A DNA stretch of 62,203 nucleotides, the filler included, from Sanchytrium tribonematis (Eukaryota): NCBI GenBank assembly GCA_018985235.1. It is 9 parts of 9 records of this genome, joined end to end, with 100 filler letters (N's around TTAATTAATTAA, not from the genome) between each part and the next. Parts side by side here need not be neighbours in the genome. Positions count along the whole stretch, not along the records: positions 18,704 to 23,252 come from JADGIG010000706.1; positions 23,353 to 27,896 come from JADGIG010000707.1; positions 27,997 to 52,936 come from JADGIG010000069.1; 6 more parts are not named here. One strand, 5' to 3'. Below the pieces are notes generated by a model. That model had not been told where the DNA came from. It made no database searches and saw only the letters and a list, made by a program, of their open reading frames with translations. Position 1 is the stretch's first letter, and the number at the start of each line of letters is the position of its first letter. Made by a program: the position numbers and the translations under genes. Positions 21,581 through 33,697 of this stretch are shown one piece after another.

Positions 21581-23252
21581 TGTTGCAGGTCATACTCCGA
21601 CGGGAGCAGTTTTGACCCTGTAGACCCAAGGGAGGTCACGAGGGGATTTGAGAGATTTATGATTGGCTCTTATATTACAAAGACTTGTGATATATAAGGG
21701 AACCAATCAATTAAAAGACTAAAACACATATAAACGGGACATTCCCCAAATAAATATCAATGTCAACGACTTCAAACTATACGCAACATGGTAGCGGGGA
21801 AACCCATCTTCCAAAAGCAGAAGGCCACTGTTTAGGAATTGGTGTTTCAGAAATGCAAGAAAACCTCGAAATTGAGAAAACCCCAAAAGCAAAAAAAATT
21901 GAGAAAATTAATAAAGTTGAAAACATCATTTTGAAGGATTCTAAGGAAAAGCAAGAAAAACGTGTCTTAAATAAAATGGATTCGGCAGGCAAAAAAATAG
22001 TCAAACACGAAAAAAACATTAAAAACATTAAAAATAAAATTGAAAAAAGTCCTGCTTCGAAAGTAGATCCACCCACAGGAGAGGTCGAAGGCCGTTCCTC
22101 AAATGTGGCGCAAGCAATGGAACAGCTTGGGGATCCTGCGGGGTCTCCGAGACTTGCGTTAAGACCACCCTTTGAGCAAGCAATTATGTCTGATAGCATG
22201 GATGACTAGGACACCCTTCGGTCTGTACAGACGAATAACCTTCTTTCTCAATTTTTCATAAGGTACCTTTAGACGTTCTCTCAATGTGCTTGAATGCATG
22301 CTCAGGCATCAGTCTAATCATGACAAATTTCCTATACTACTTATCCAAATGGTGAAGGTCACACATAAACTTTAATTTTCTGAACCAAGGCTCAATCTCA
22401 TTTCTTGGATGATACTTATCTAAACTATTCTTACATAGTGAAGAAATAGTATCTAAACTTCTTTTATCCAAGTCAGGACTCCTAGTTTCAGTTTGCACAG
22501 GTGGTGGTGGCGCAGTGTTAGAGGTTAGACTGTTAGTCATTGATCCTCTTCTTGTTTGACTATAGTCACTTGAATCTCCTCGTGAGAGATTCGAACTGTT
22601 GTCATCATCTGACCCATTACTATGTGGATCATGATCATCTCTGATAGTTGGACTTAGTTCAATTCACGTACAAGTGACACGGATGATGAAAGATTTAATC
22701 CGGTCGAGGAAAGTGCTGAAGACATGAACTTTGGTCCTGATTTTGAAGAATCAGAGCTTTCTTATAGACTTGTTAACATGGGATTGGCACTAGGGGCTGT
22801 TCTTAAGGCCAAATTCTTTTTGTTACTGGAAAGTTTTAAGAAATTGTTTAAATTTCCGAAAGGTTGCACCACTGCTGTGGAGCATGCAATCAATTATAAA
22901 GGTGAACCCTTTAGACAAAAACAGTATCGGACATCTAAAGCTCAGCAGGAACTGATTCAGAAAGAACTTGATTATATGATTGAAAAAGGAGTCATTGTGC
23001 CTTATAGCTCTGCATTTGCAAGTCCTATCGCAATGGTTCATAAACCCAATGGGAAACGGAGATTTCGTGTTGATTTTCGTAAATTAAACGAAAAGACAGA
23101 ATCAGACAACTACCCAGTTCCAAATGTACAGGAACGATTGTCAAATCTTAAAGGCGCTAAGTTCTTTAACAAAATTGATCTATCTGCAGGATATTGGCAG
23201 ATTCCTTTAAAGAAGGATGATCAAGACAAAACAGCATTTATAGCTAATGGTC
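21581..23252 (+). mobile_element. Ty3/Gypsy LTR retrotransposon, 5' part: LTR 21581-21788, PBS 21789-21796, partly inverted gag, RT N-terminus
   Basis: TGTTGC...GCAACA LTR followed by TGGTAGCG (Ty3-type tRNA-iMet PBS); RT motifs FASPIAMVHK, VDFRKLN, IDLSAGYWQI, KTAF. Confidence 0.92.
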
Positions 23253-23352
23253 NNNNNNNNNNNNNNNNNNNNNNNNNNNNNNNNNNNNNNNNNNNNTTAA
23301 TTAATTAANNNNNNNNNNNNNNNNNNNNNNNNNNNNNNNNNNNNNNNNNNNN

Positions 23353-24187
23353 CGTAAGAGCTGAATCTAAAAAAGATATGGCAAAGTACACCCCAAATGT
23401 CGAAGGAAAGAAAGGAACTCGTAATTTAGAAATGTTGAATGAAGGATTAAATTTGCCAGAATGTTCTTCTAAAGTGCTTCATGAAAATAATCTACAATTG
23501 CGACTTGACTTACTCAAAGAAGCTCAAGACATTTGTGCTAAAGACAATGAAATGGAAGTGAGCTTTAATAGAGTCCAAATCAAAAACATTCCCAGTGAAT
23601 GGGACCAGAAAAGATTACAGAATATAATTCGTGCAGCGATGGCCAAGGTCATTTTGACTTATATTCCTGAAAAAACCAAAGATTACGAGCTTATCTTTAA
23701 AACATTGAACTATTTGTCTGAAGTTGTGTCTAAGAAAACACCATGGTTTAAAGACTGGTTAACTTTTGTGGTTGATAATATTTTGCCTGAGTTAGAATTT
23801 AAAAACGAATTATCAACAGTTCTAAAGCGTCATTTTTCAAATCCAGCAGTGACGAAAAAGCAAAAGCGAAATTTCAAAGAAAGAGTTCCAGGATTTCACT
23901 GTTTGTTTGACCAAGTTATTATTAAGAAAAACTTAGATGGTGAGTCCTTAAATTATGGCTTTGTGAGCTTTAAAGATACATGGGGGGCCGAATTTGCTAC
24001 TAAAATTTTGACTCTATTACCTGTTAATAAGGAAAGCGGTGAAAAGTTTATTGACTATGTTAAAACCAACAAGGGTCAATGCCAAGACACTCTTATTACA
24101 ACTTATGCGCTTAACAACAGAAGAATTTTGGCATTGAGAATGCAGCGTAAAATGCTTGGTAAAAAAGGAAAGCATTTGATTGAATAA
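23353..24187 (+). CDS. NOP4: Nop4/RBM28 nucleolar RRM protein, C-terminal part
   Basis: RNLEMLNEGL, RVQIKNIP (RNP2), SLNYGFVSF (RNP1) and YALNNRR resemble the last RRM of RBM28. Confidence 0.75.
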
Positions 24188-24224
24188 TAAATTATTTTAA
24201 GGAAACCTTACAATTTTACTATGA

Positions 24225-24416
24225 CTAATGGCGATAGAGAAGACTCCTATTGTATAGCTCACTTTTGAAAACCATCTGTATTTGGCCAAAGTTTTGTAAA
24301 AGAAAATCCTGACAATGGACAAGCATTAAAGACCTTTGTAAGTTGGGAGAGTTGACACGCTTTCTAATTGTATCCATTGCTAATTTACATACAAAATACT
24401 GCTCAGAGTTATTCAT
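24225..24416 (-). CDS. Small hypothetical protein
   Basis: 63-aa ATG ORF in a gene-dense context; PNLQRSL weakly SERTA-like. Confidence 0.35.
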   Translation of the reverse strand: MNNSEQYFVCKLAMDTIRKRVNSPNLQRSLMLVHCQDFLLQNFGQIQMVFKSELYNRSLLYRH

Positions 24417-24640
24417 TTCGAGACATTGCGCGTTGCAGTTGATCCTTATATCTGTGTAAAGTGGAATTCGATGAAGTCTTGGCCAATCAATATTTTTTAA
24501 TCTAGAGAAAGTAAACTGGGACTAATCTTTACTAGTGTTCTAAATTATAGGCGCAGTCTAAAGCGTCAATAATCTATTCGATTTGTAAAATTTTAATCTT
24601 TTCTAAGCCGTACTCGTCGTCGCGTTTTGTAATATATTTG

Positions 24641-25390
24641 ATGTTAAGTGTTTACGAAGATTCTTACTGGGGAGCCCCGAATTCACTAGTTAATTGGTGC
24701 GAGCCGGATTATGTCCATTCCAGATATATCGCAGAAACATGGAATTCAGTCAGTAATTTATTTACTGTATTTATGGGGTATATGTTATATCGACACTATA
24801 CGAAAAATGACGTGGAATTGAGATTTAGAATTACTGCATTGACTTTAACCATAGTCGGTTGTGGCAGTTTTCTTTTTCATGGTACATTGAAATATTCTTT
24901 TCAATTATTGGATGAACTTCCCATGCTCTACTTGACGTGTAGTATGACTTATTTGACGCTAGAGACAACGACTGAAGCTTTGAAGTATCCAAAACTTCCA
25001 TATATCTCAGTTGTAGCTAGTCTGTTGTTTAGTATTGCTCACGTGTACCTGCAAAATGCCGAGTTATTCTTCTTGGTATTTGCAATGCTACTCATCCCTT
25101 CTTTCTACTTCTCTGTAAAATACAGACATATCGAGGAATTCTTCACATCCACTACATCATCCTTAGCATTTTTAGCTGTAGGATACATGTTTTGGGAAGC
25201 TGATCGGCATTTTTGTTCCAAGATTCAAAATCTGTATTTACATGCATGGTGGCATGTATTGACTGCTTTGAGCGAGATTTACTGGCTCAATGGAATGTTA
25301 TACTTCCGTCGCAAAATAATTGGTGAGCCAGTCAGCTTAAGTCTTGGTGGATTTTGGATTAACTTTCCTAAGAATAAGAAAATAAACTAG
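24641..25390 (+). CDS. Alkaline ceramidase (ACER3/Ypc1-like), paralog 1
   Basis: VNWCEPDY, AETWNSVSN, GSFLFHGTL, QLLDELPM, HAWWH. Confidence 0.95.
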   Translation: MLSVYEDSYWGAPNSLVNWCEPDYVHSRYIAETWNSVSNLFTVFMGYMLYRHYTKNDVELRFRITALTLTIVGCGSFLFHGTLKYSFQLLDELPMLYLTCSMTYLTLETTTEALKYPKLPYISVVASLLFSIAHVYLQNAELFFLVFAMLLIPSFYFSVKYRHIEEFFTSTTSSLAFLAVGYMFWEADRHFCSKIQNLYLHAWWHVLTALSEIYWLNGMLYFRRKIIGEPVSLSLGGFWINFPKNKKIN

Positions 25391-25520
25391 ATTGTAATTA
25401 TTGAGCTTAGTGAGCTTTTACTAGTGTCACCATTTTATAATCTCCATGTGAAATTTCCACTAGGCAATTTTTAGTTGTACGCAGAAGGGAAAACTTCGAA
25501 ACAAGGACATTTTTTAAAAA

Positions 25521-26267
25521 ATGTATGAGTCAACGTTTTGGGGCAAACCGACCGCTCTCGTTAACTGGTGCGAGCCAGACTACGTTTACACTCCATTTAT
25601 TGCTGAGACATTTAATACGTTGAGTAACTTTTATACAATTTTACTTGGGATAATTCTGTATCGACATTATTCCAGACACCATGATGAAAAACGGTTTTTA
25701 GTAACCTCTTTGATTATCATTTTTGTGGGAATTGGGTCTAGTGCCTTCCATGGCACTTTGCTTTATCATTTTCAACTTCTAGATGAACTTCCGATGTTAT
25801 ACTTGACTTGTGCAATGAGTTATATGATTGCCGAAATATCTTCGAAACCCAAACAATACAAGTATCCTAATCTTCCGTATATACTTCTTGCGGGCTGTAT
25901 TTTTATGACAATAGCTCATATTTTTGTTCAAAATGCAGAGCTGTTTTTTTCTGTTTTTGGGATTCTGGTGAGCCCTTCCATTTTTTATCCCTTCACAATT
26001 TCGGATGATTTCGTGTATACAGGAGCAATGAAAAAATCGCTTTTTTTTTGCTGTGTTGGATTTATATGTTGGGAAGTAGATAGATTCTTTTGCGACTACA
26101 CGCAGTTTATGCATTTGCATTCATTCTGGCACATATTTTCAGCTATCTGTGGCACGTATTGGATGAATGGAACTATGTACATGCGCCGTAAAATTTTAAA
26201 GCTGCCTGTGACATTAAAATATGGAGGTTTATGGATAGAATTTGACAGTAGTAAGAAAACTAAATAA
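25521..26267 (+). CDS. Alkaline ceramidase (ACER3/Ypc1-like), paralog 2
   Basis: VNWCEPDY, GSSAFHGTL, QLLDELPM, HSFWH. Confidence 0.95.
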   Translation: MYESTFWGKPTALVNWCEPDYVYTPFIAETFNTLSNFYTILLGIILYRHYSRHHDEKRFLVTSLIIIFVGIGSSAFHGTLLYHFQLLDELPMLYLTCAMSYMIAEISSKPKQYKYPNLPYILLAGCIFMTIAHIFVQNAELFFSVFGILVSPSIFYPFTISDDFVYTGAMKKSLFFCCVGFICWEVDRFFCDYTQFMHLHSFWHIFSAICGTYWMNGTMYMRRKILKLPVTLKYGGLWIEFDSSKKTK

Positions 26268-26338
26268 GAATTGCTTGTTTTTAATCAATTTATAAATAAA
26301 TTTTGCAAGTCTCTATAAATTTGAAAATTTGAAACAAG

Positions 26339-27896
26339 ATGTTTTTAGGCGAAGTTCAACATTTGTTGGTACCTAAAGATGAATTTAGAAGCATTATCAA
26401 TATATCCAATGAGAAAAGTACAGTTATCGCCACTAGTGACAAGACCATTTATTTTTACAACAAGGAAAAAAGGATTGATAAGTTTAGTTCGAAAAATGTA
26501 CCAACGGCTGTACATTACAATGACCTCCTAGCAATCGGACAACGTGACGGGTATGTTTATGTTTATAAAATGGGCGAAAAAAAAGTTATTTGTAATAAGT
26601 TTTCCAGTTCTCAGCCAGTTACTCACGTTTTACTTAAAACTGATTTACTTTATGTGACAAGTGAAAACAAAATCAAATACGGAAGCTTATCAAACAATAA
26701 GGCGGTAACTGTTTACCAATGCAGCCAGACAATTACTGCGTTTGATAGCGACTTTATCAACTCATTTGTTGCCCAATTTGATGGAAATATTTTAAAAATC
26801 GCAATTAAGGAAAATCCTAGTCCTAAACTTTTAAAAAAGTTTAATGGGGAAATTCAATTAATCAAAATGTTTAAAAATAACCTAATTGTCGCTAACGAAT
26901 CCACACTGCTTATCTTGAATGAGGGTGGAAGTATTATCTGGCAGGCCAATACTGGTTATGTCAACACATTGTGCACATCCCCCAATGAAGAATATGCAGC
27001 TTTTGCAACAGATAATGCGATATATATGGTCAATTTGGAGAATTACGCATTGATCAAACTGAGCGTCAAAATTAGCATGGTCACAGCACTTTCTTTTGAC
27101 TCTGATGGCTCTGCATTGATTATTGGAACATTGGATGGTATTTGCGACAGAGTTGAACTCATTCTTAGAGCCGAGAATTATGGAAACCAATATTTAATCA
27201 CATACCACCTTTCTGGCAGTTGTACGGTCAAAAATATACATGATCAGAAACGTTATACTGTTTATAGTCCATTTGCAATTGAATATGTGGATGTCACAAA
27301 GGACTATATAGTCACAAAAACGAAGGAGTCTATTATTTTCACTCATCTGAGAACTGAAGAGACCTGTACTATTGAATGGCACAGACAGAAGAATGACGAG
27401 CTATTTATGTTTTCAAAATTCATTTTGATATTGGTAGATGATCAAGTCTTTGTGGTGCAAAACAATCAAATTTTAACCAACATAAATTGTAGCAACTTGA
27501 ATCCCAAACTTGTCACTATTTATAATGAAACAATCGCTTATTACCATGACGATTTGATTGTTATAAAAGAGTTGAAGGGGAAACAATTATTTAGCATGGA
27601 ATTCTTAAATATAAAACAAATATTACTTGGCAAATATCTAGTAGTTCAAAGTACCAACTTGGAAGTATTTTACGTCAATATCAATAATTACAACAAACAA
27701 CTTATTATGAAAGCTGACTTAGCTCAATTTTACAATGATCTATTGATTCTTCAAAATCAAAATATCGTTTACATTTATTCAGACCTAAACTCTTACACTT
27801 CTTTACAAGTAAATGGAGTCATTTACAAAATTGAAAATCATACAATTTACTGTAAATATAATGATACGGAGTACCAATATCCTCTAAATACTAGTA
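26339..27896 (+). CDS. IFT172: Intraflagellar transport protein 172, WD40 N-terminal region (3'-truncated)
   Basis: DKFSSK, LAIGQRDG.VYVYK, GEKKVICNKF, VTALSFDSDGS match the IFT172 N-terminus. Confidence 0.85.
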
Positions 27897-28080
27897 NNNN
27901 NNNNNNNNNNNNNNNNNNNNNNNNNNNNNNNNNNNNNNNNTTAATTAATTAANNNNNNNNNNNNNNNNNNNNNNNNNNNNNNNNNNNNNNNNNNNNGTGA
28001 CGTATGGTATGCCATGTGCATCATTTTTCAGACATTCTCTAGTGATGTCGTGGTGGCTTGATTCAATTTGACTTTCTATA

Positions 28081-29449
28081 ATGACTGCAGGAGACACGAG
28101 TTTTATGCTGTTATGCACTGCCCTCGTCTTCATCATGATCCCCGGCTTAGGATACTTTTATTCTGGATTAACAAATACAAAATCCAGTTTATCTGTCTTG
28201 ATATTATGTTTTGTGAGTTTCTCAGTCGTGTTAATTCAATGGTTTATCATAGGATATTCCCTCGTCTTCTCTACAGATGGTAATTCATTTATTGGATCAT
28301 TTACCATGGCCGGATTGGATACATTAACTTCCATGGATAATCCAAATACATTATTCCCGGATTACGCGTATGTGATTTACCAGTCTACATTTGCAGGAAT
28401 CACTCCAGCATTAATTTTGGGTGCTGGTGCGGATAAAACACGATTATTACCTAAAATCGTATTCATCTTTTTATGGACCACATTCGCATATGATCCCATT
28501 GCGTATTGGTGCTGGAATCCAAATGGATGGCTACATACCAATGGTGTGCTTGATTTTGCAGGGGGTTCTCCAGTTCACATTTCTTCAGGTGCTGCTGCAT
28601 TGGCATTTGTTTTAGTCGTCACTAAAAAGTATAAAAAGAATACGGAAATAAAGAAACAAAAGGTTGAACCTAATTCTCCTGCAAATGTGTTATTGGGTAC
28701 TTTATTATTATGGTTTGGATGGAATGGCTTTAATGGTGGATCTGCTAGTGCTGCAAATGGTAGAGCAGCAGCTGCTATTGTGACTACAAATATCTGTGCT
28801 GCTGCATCTTCATTAACATGGGTATTTTGGGTATATTTAAAAACCAAGAAATATTCTGCAATTGCATTTTGTAGTGGCGTGGTGACGGGTCTCGTCATTA
28901 TTACACCTGCAGCAGGATTTGTAGGACCCCCATACGCCTTATTAATGGGCATTATTGGCACATCTGTCTGTTATGGCGCAGTGCATTTAAAAGACAAATT
29001 CAAAATTGATGATCACGTTATTTAAATTGATGTAGTTGGATGTATTTGCTATTCACGGTATAGGTGGAATAATGGGTAATTTACAAACTGGTTTATTCGC
29101 GCAACGGTATTGGTCTGATTTAGATGGCACGAAAATCATTTACTCGGGTGCGATTGAAGGGGAAATGTTGATTGTTTGGCAATTTATTTCATGTCTAGTC
29201 ACATTTGCGTGGTCATTTGTGATTACTGTCATTTTATTATACGGTATTAATTTGATTCCTGGTTTATCTTTGACCATTAAGAATTTTGATGCTGAGAAAG
29301 GATTAGATGAACAAGAAATGGGAGAAGCCACATATGATTATTTGAAATTAATTAATAAACCAAAGCCAACAACGAGGGATATTGGGACATATACACATCA
29401 ACAACGATGGTTTAGACGGGATAGTGAGAAGAGTGATAAAAGTCAATAA
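28081..29449 (+). CDS. Ammonium transporter (Amt/Mep); exons 28081-29016 and 29036-29449
   Basis: MIPGLGYFYSG, DFAGGSPVH, WFGWNGFNGGS, IDDH|LDVFAIHG after removal of the 19-nt intron. Confidence 0.95.
29017..29035 (+). other. 19-nt spliceosomal intron GTTATTTAAATTGATGTAG
   Basis: Removal restores the conserved Amt motif DDxLDVFxxHG at exact spacing. Confidence 0.92.
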
Positions 29450-29614
29450 ATATTGTAAATTTGAAATCAATAATTGATTGCCTCGTATCAGACCAATGAC
29501 CCAATCAATTTGGCTAAGTAGGCTCTAATCAGACAATTATACCTGATTGTATTCCAATTAGACCTGTTTAGGGGTCATTCTAATATTTATAATCCTTTTA
29601 TTTCCAAATTCCAA

Positions 29615-30517
29615 ATGATCTTCACTCCTATATTTGCATTCAATTGCCTTACCACTCTTGAGAATGATTACGATGTTCCTCATCAAAACAATAACTACCA
29701 CGATTCCAATAATCCATCTCATGGTCCCAAAAAGCACCACATCATGAATCAATATTTCAATTCCACAAATCCAACTCAAGACATTCAAACTATTGCAAAT
29801 GCACTTAATAATACCATTCAGTTCACTGTGAATTGGTTCTACATGACGAATGGATCCACACATACCATTATGCGAATAATTGATCATTTAAATCACAAAT
29901 ATCAAAATAATGATCTCCCCATTCAATTCATCTATAATTCTTCATTTAAAATAGACAACACACCCATTGATAACAATAATAAGCAACAACAAATTGATTT
30001 ATACCATCAATACGGTATAAAAGACAGTACCGCATTAAATATATTTAGTGGTCAAATCAAAGATACGAATAATCCCATTTACGGATGGTCTAGTTATCCT
30101 AATGATTCAAGTATAGATGCCATATTCTTATCTGCTGACAAGGTATTCTCTAAATACGAAATCAAACATGCAAATACAATTAGTCATGAAATTGGGCATT
30201 GGTTGGGATTATTTCACACATTTCAAGGTGGATGTGATTCATTAAATGGTGATTATGTGGTAGATACTCCCATTAGTAATCAAAAAAGTCGACATTCATT
30301 GGATCATCAAATACCGGCTTCTAGAAAATGGAAATGTGATACTAAAATTAAAACGTGTCCAAATTCATTAGAAAATGATTTAGTAGATAATATTATGGAT
30401 TATACACCTTGCAAGACATCATTTACTAAATTACAACAATTGAGAATTATAAATTTTGCATATTTTAGAATCAAACACAGATTATTCAAAAATAGATTTA
30501 TTGAGAATATGAATTAA
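29615..30517 (+). CDS. Secreted metalloprotease, family M43B (pappalysin/ulilysin-like)
   Basis: HEIGHWLGLFHTFQGGC, GDYVVDTP, NIMDY Met-turn. Confidence 0.92.
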   Translation: MIFTPIFAFNCLTTLENDYDVPHQNNNYHDSNNPSHGPKKHHIMNQYFNSTNPTQDIQTIANALNNTIQFTVNWFYMTNGSTHTIMRIIDHLNHKYQNNDLPIQFIYNSSFKIDNTPIDNNNKQQQIDLYHQYGIKDSTALNIFSGQIKDTNNPIYGWSSYPNDSSIDAIFLSADKVFSKYEIKHANTISHEIGHWLGLFHTFQGGCDSLNGDYVVDTPISNQKSRHSLDHQIPASRKWKCDTKIKTCPNSLENDLVDNIMDYTPCKTSFTKLQQLRIINFAYFRIKHRLFKNRFIENMN

Positions 30518-31610
30518 TTGCTTCCATTAATTTGCCACTTAGTGATTCGATTGAAGTGTCTTGATTTTCGATTATTATCTGAGATAGTTCTCGGCGAATA
30601 TTAATAAATTGATTGCCCTTCACAATAAACAAAATCACACATCTCACAAATAATAAATTATCACCGTCAATCTCTTTTAATTTCGCAATAATTGCGTTGA
30701 TATTCATTGAATTCAAAATATTGTCTATAAACTCAGACAATAATGGACTTTTTGGATCTAATAACCAGTGCAAGGACCGAGTATCTCCATTGGTAATTAA
30801 TGTTCGTACCATTTGCAAATCGAACGATGGATAGACATTCTTCCAATCATCAAAATTCCAAGAGACCATGATAGTGACTACATCCAAAAAATGATCTTGT
30901 AGTTGTGATAATTGTAATGGAACATCATCTACTCCATATGACATGATAATTAATTCCTCCGTACTGAAATTTTGAAACGCAGCAGCAAAAATATATAATT
31001 TATCTCGTGGAAAATGGACCATTGTAAAACCCAATATCAAATTTGTATTACGCAATTGTAAATCGACGAAATCCATTAGCAATTGTGGCAAAACAATTTC
31101 ACCATTATAATATTTCTCTAAAAATACATTAAATCCCGCGATTTGGCGATCCCGTTGCAAATCATCACTTGACAAATTGAATATGAAATGCAGCTTACTA
31201 CTCAATTCTGCACCGTTTAATTGTAGCAATGTTAATTCTTCTTCTGAGTATTTTACATATCTCGTCACTGCTAATAAATAAATACCAGCAGTAGCAAATT
31301 CATAAGCATTCGTGTATAATTTGGATTCTGCGCGGTTTAAATACTTCAATAATAAATTCTTACGATGCGCTGTGAACCTTCTGTAATAACGACGATTGTA
31401 TAATCTTTTAATTACATGATAGGAGACTATGGATTCTTCTTTTTCAATAGTATCCCACTTTTGCCAACGCTTCTCTATTTTATCTGCAATTTGAGATACT
31501 TTCATTTCATTAAGCGGATCGTGAATCCATGACGTCAATGCACTAACAGATCCATCATTTCTCGATGGGAACATTCCAAATACAGTTGCAATCAACATGG
31601 AGAGTATCAT
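30498..31610 (-). CDS. Putative secreted alpha-helical protein of unknown function
   Basis: MILSMLIATVFG signal-like start; 370-aa frame; 3' end overlaps the convergent gene. Confidence 0.65.
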   Translation of the reverse strand: MILSMLIATVFGMFPSRNDGSVSALTSWIHDPLNEMKVSQIADKIEKRWQKWDTIEKEESIVSYHVIKRLYNRRYYRRFTAHRKNLLLKYLNRAESKLYTNAYEFATAGIYLLAVTRYVKYSEEELTLLQLNGAELSSKLHFIFNLSSDDLQRDRQIAGFNVFLEKYYNGEIVLPQLLMDFVDLQLRNTNLILGFTMVHFPRDKLYIFAAAFQNFSTEELIIMSYGVDDVPLQLSQLQDHFLDVVTIMVSWNFDDWKNVYPSFDLQMVRTLITNGDTRSLHWLLDPKSPLLSEFIDNILNSMNINAIIAKLKEIDGDNLLFVRCVILFIVKGNQFINIRRELSQIIIENQDTSIESLSGKLMEAINSYSQ

Positions 31611-31796
31611 GGGGATCTCACAAGTGAACACAATCTTTTTGTCTCCTAAAGACGATTTACATCGCACAAATATCTAATTGGTCATTACAAAATGAACCAC
31701 GTGCTATTCATTTGTTTCACTCCCATTTCTTATCTATCCAGTGATACTTGTTTTATCTGAGATTCCCCAGTCATGTGAATAAACCCCTCAAAACAC

Positions 31797-33687
31797 ATGA
31801 CATCTGCCCAACAAACCCAAAATTTACTCTCCCAAATCCAACAACAACATGAACTCATCTGTTTATCCATTGCCAATCTATCAGAACAAATGAATATTCA
31901 CACGACTGCCTTGTTATATTATGAAAAAGCAGTCGAATATAATCAAAAATCATTAGATGGCTTATCCGGAATAGCTAGAATCTATAGAGCCAACAACCAA
32001 TTAGATAAATCTATTGAATGGTTTACTAAAAGATTGACTTTGGACCAATCTAATGGCTATTTATGGATTGCTTTAGGACATGCGTATTTAATGAATGAGG
32101 AACTTCAAAAAGCATATTCCGCATACCAACAAGCACTTTACCACTTACCATCTATTAAAGAACCTAGATTATGGTATGGTATTGGTATTTTATACGATAG
32201 ATTTGGATCATTGGATCATTCTGAAGAAGCCTTTACTGCAGCATTAAATATGGATCCATCTTTTAATAAGAGCAATGAAATTTACTTTAGATTGGGTATT
32301 ATTTATAAACAACAAGGCAAATACCAACAATCTTTAGAATATTTCACTAAAATATTAAATCATCCTCCAAAACCACTTTCTAATTTAGATGTGTGGTTTC
32401 AAATTGGCCATTGTTGTGAATGTGAGCATGAATACCACATGGCTAAAGAATCTTATGAGCATATCTTATCCCATCAACCTAAAAATGCCAAAGTTTTACA
32501 ACAATTGGCGTGGTTGTATCAATCTCAAATGAATGAATTAGACAAGGCTATTGCCATTTTAAACAAGTCTATTGAGATTGACAAGGATGATCCACATGCT
32601 TGGTACTTGTTGGGAAGATGCTACATGAATAAAAAAGACTTTACAAAGGCATATGAAGCATACCAATATGCCGTGTATAAAGATAGCAAGAATCCGACGG
32701 TGTGGTGCTCTATTGGGGTATTATATTACACCAAGGGACAAGTAATTCATTTTCATGTAGTATAGAGATGCCCTAGACAGTTACACCAAAGCATTGACGA
32801 TTAATCCGTATATCCCAGAAGTGTGGTATGATTTGGGTCAATTATATGAAATATGCAATAATCAATTGACTGATGCACATGATGCATATGCTAGAGCGTA
32901 TGAATTAGCCCCACAACATGAAATTATCAAGGAAAGATACGAAATGATTCAAAAATGGAAAGAACGAGAATTGAAGAGATCTAGAGGAGAATTGGATGAA
33001 AATAGTGTAGATGATAAATTATCACCACCTAGTACCCCATTAGACATGAATCCATCTCAATTAGACCATTTAGCCAAACCATTTCATCCATCTGCTGTGA
33101 TTGCACAAACCCCAGCAACACCTACCACACAGCATGCCACACCGCATGGATTGAATGCATCTTTATCACAATTGACCAACAAGTCAGAAATGGGTGATAA
33201 AAAGGGAGAAATGGGGGCATTTAAATTTGGTGAAAAAATGACTTTGCCAAGTTTACCAGATATTAAAAAGACGCCAATGCATATTCCTCAATTACCACAA
33301 GAGAAGCGTGAAGAAGGAGAGGTGAGCAATCCATCTAATCCATCTAATCCATCGCAACAGGGAGAATCTATTGAAGATTTAGAAGCATCTCATGAATCTA
33401 ATGAAATGTCTAATGAATCTAATGGCAGCCAACCCTCTGGCATTTCCCTTCCAGTTTCCAATGGACCATCCAATGGACCCTCTATTGAAGCATCTCATAG
33501 TGCGCCTAAACCTCCATCTCCAATGAAACCCACAATTGTCGCAAATCCAACAAATCCCCCTCAATCCCCACACAGTAGTCCAAATTTAAAGAGATCTCAC
33601 ATGGATATTCATTTAGATCATGGTGAGAAGAAGATGAAATTGGATTCATCCGTGGACAGACAAGTCGATGAAGATTATGATGAATAA
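31797..33687 (+). CDS. CYC8: Cyc8/Ssn6 TPR co-repressor; exons 31797-32741 and 32761-33687
   Basis: AYSAYQQALYHL, LWYGIGILYDRFG, NEIYFRLGIIYKQQ, WCSIGVLYY..Q|YRDALD.Y. Confidence 0.95.
32742..32760 (+). other. 19-nt spliceosomal intron GTAATTCATTTTCATGTAG
   Basis: Removal restores conserved Ssn6 QYRDALDxY in frame. Confidence 0.95.
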
Positions 33688-33697
33688 AATGAGATTT

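Noticed and set aside
23353..27896. Impression of different codon/CpG usage suggesting a second organism
   Set aside because: Cannot be supported without k-mer and coverage analysis; gene style is otherwise similar
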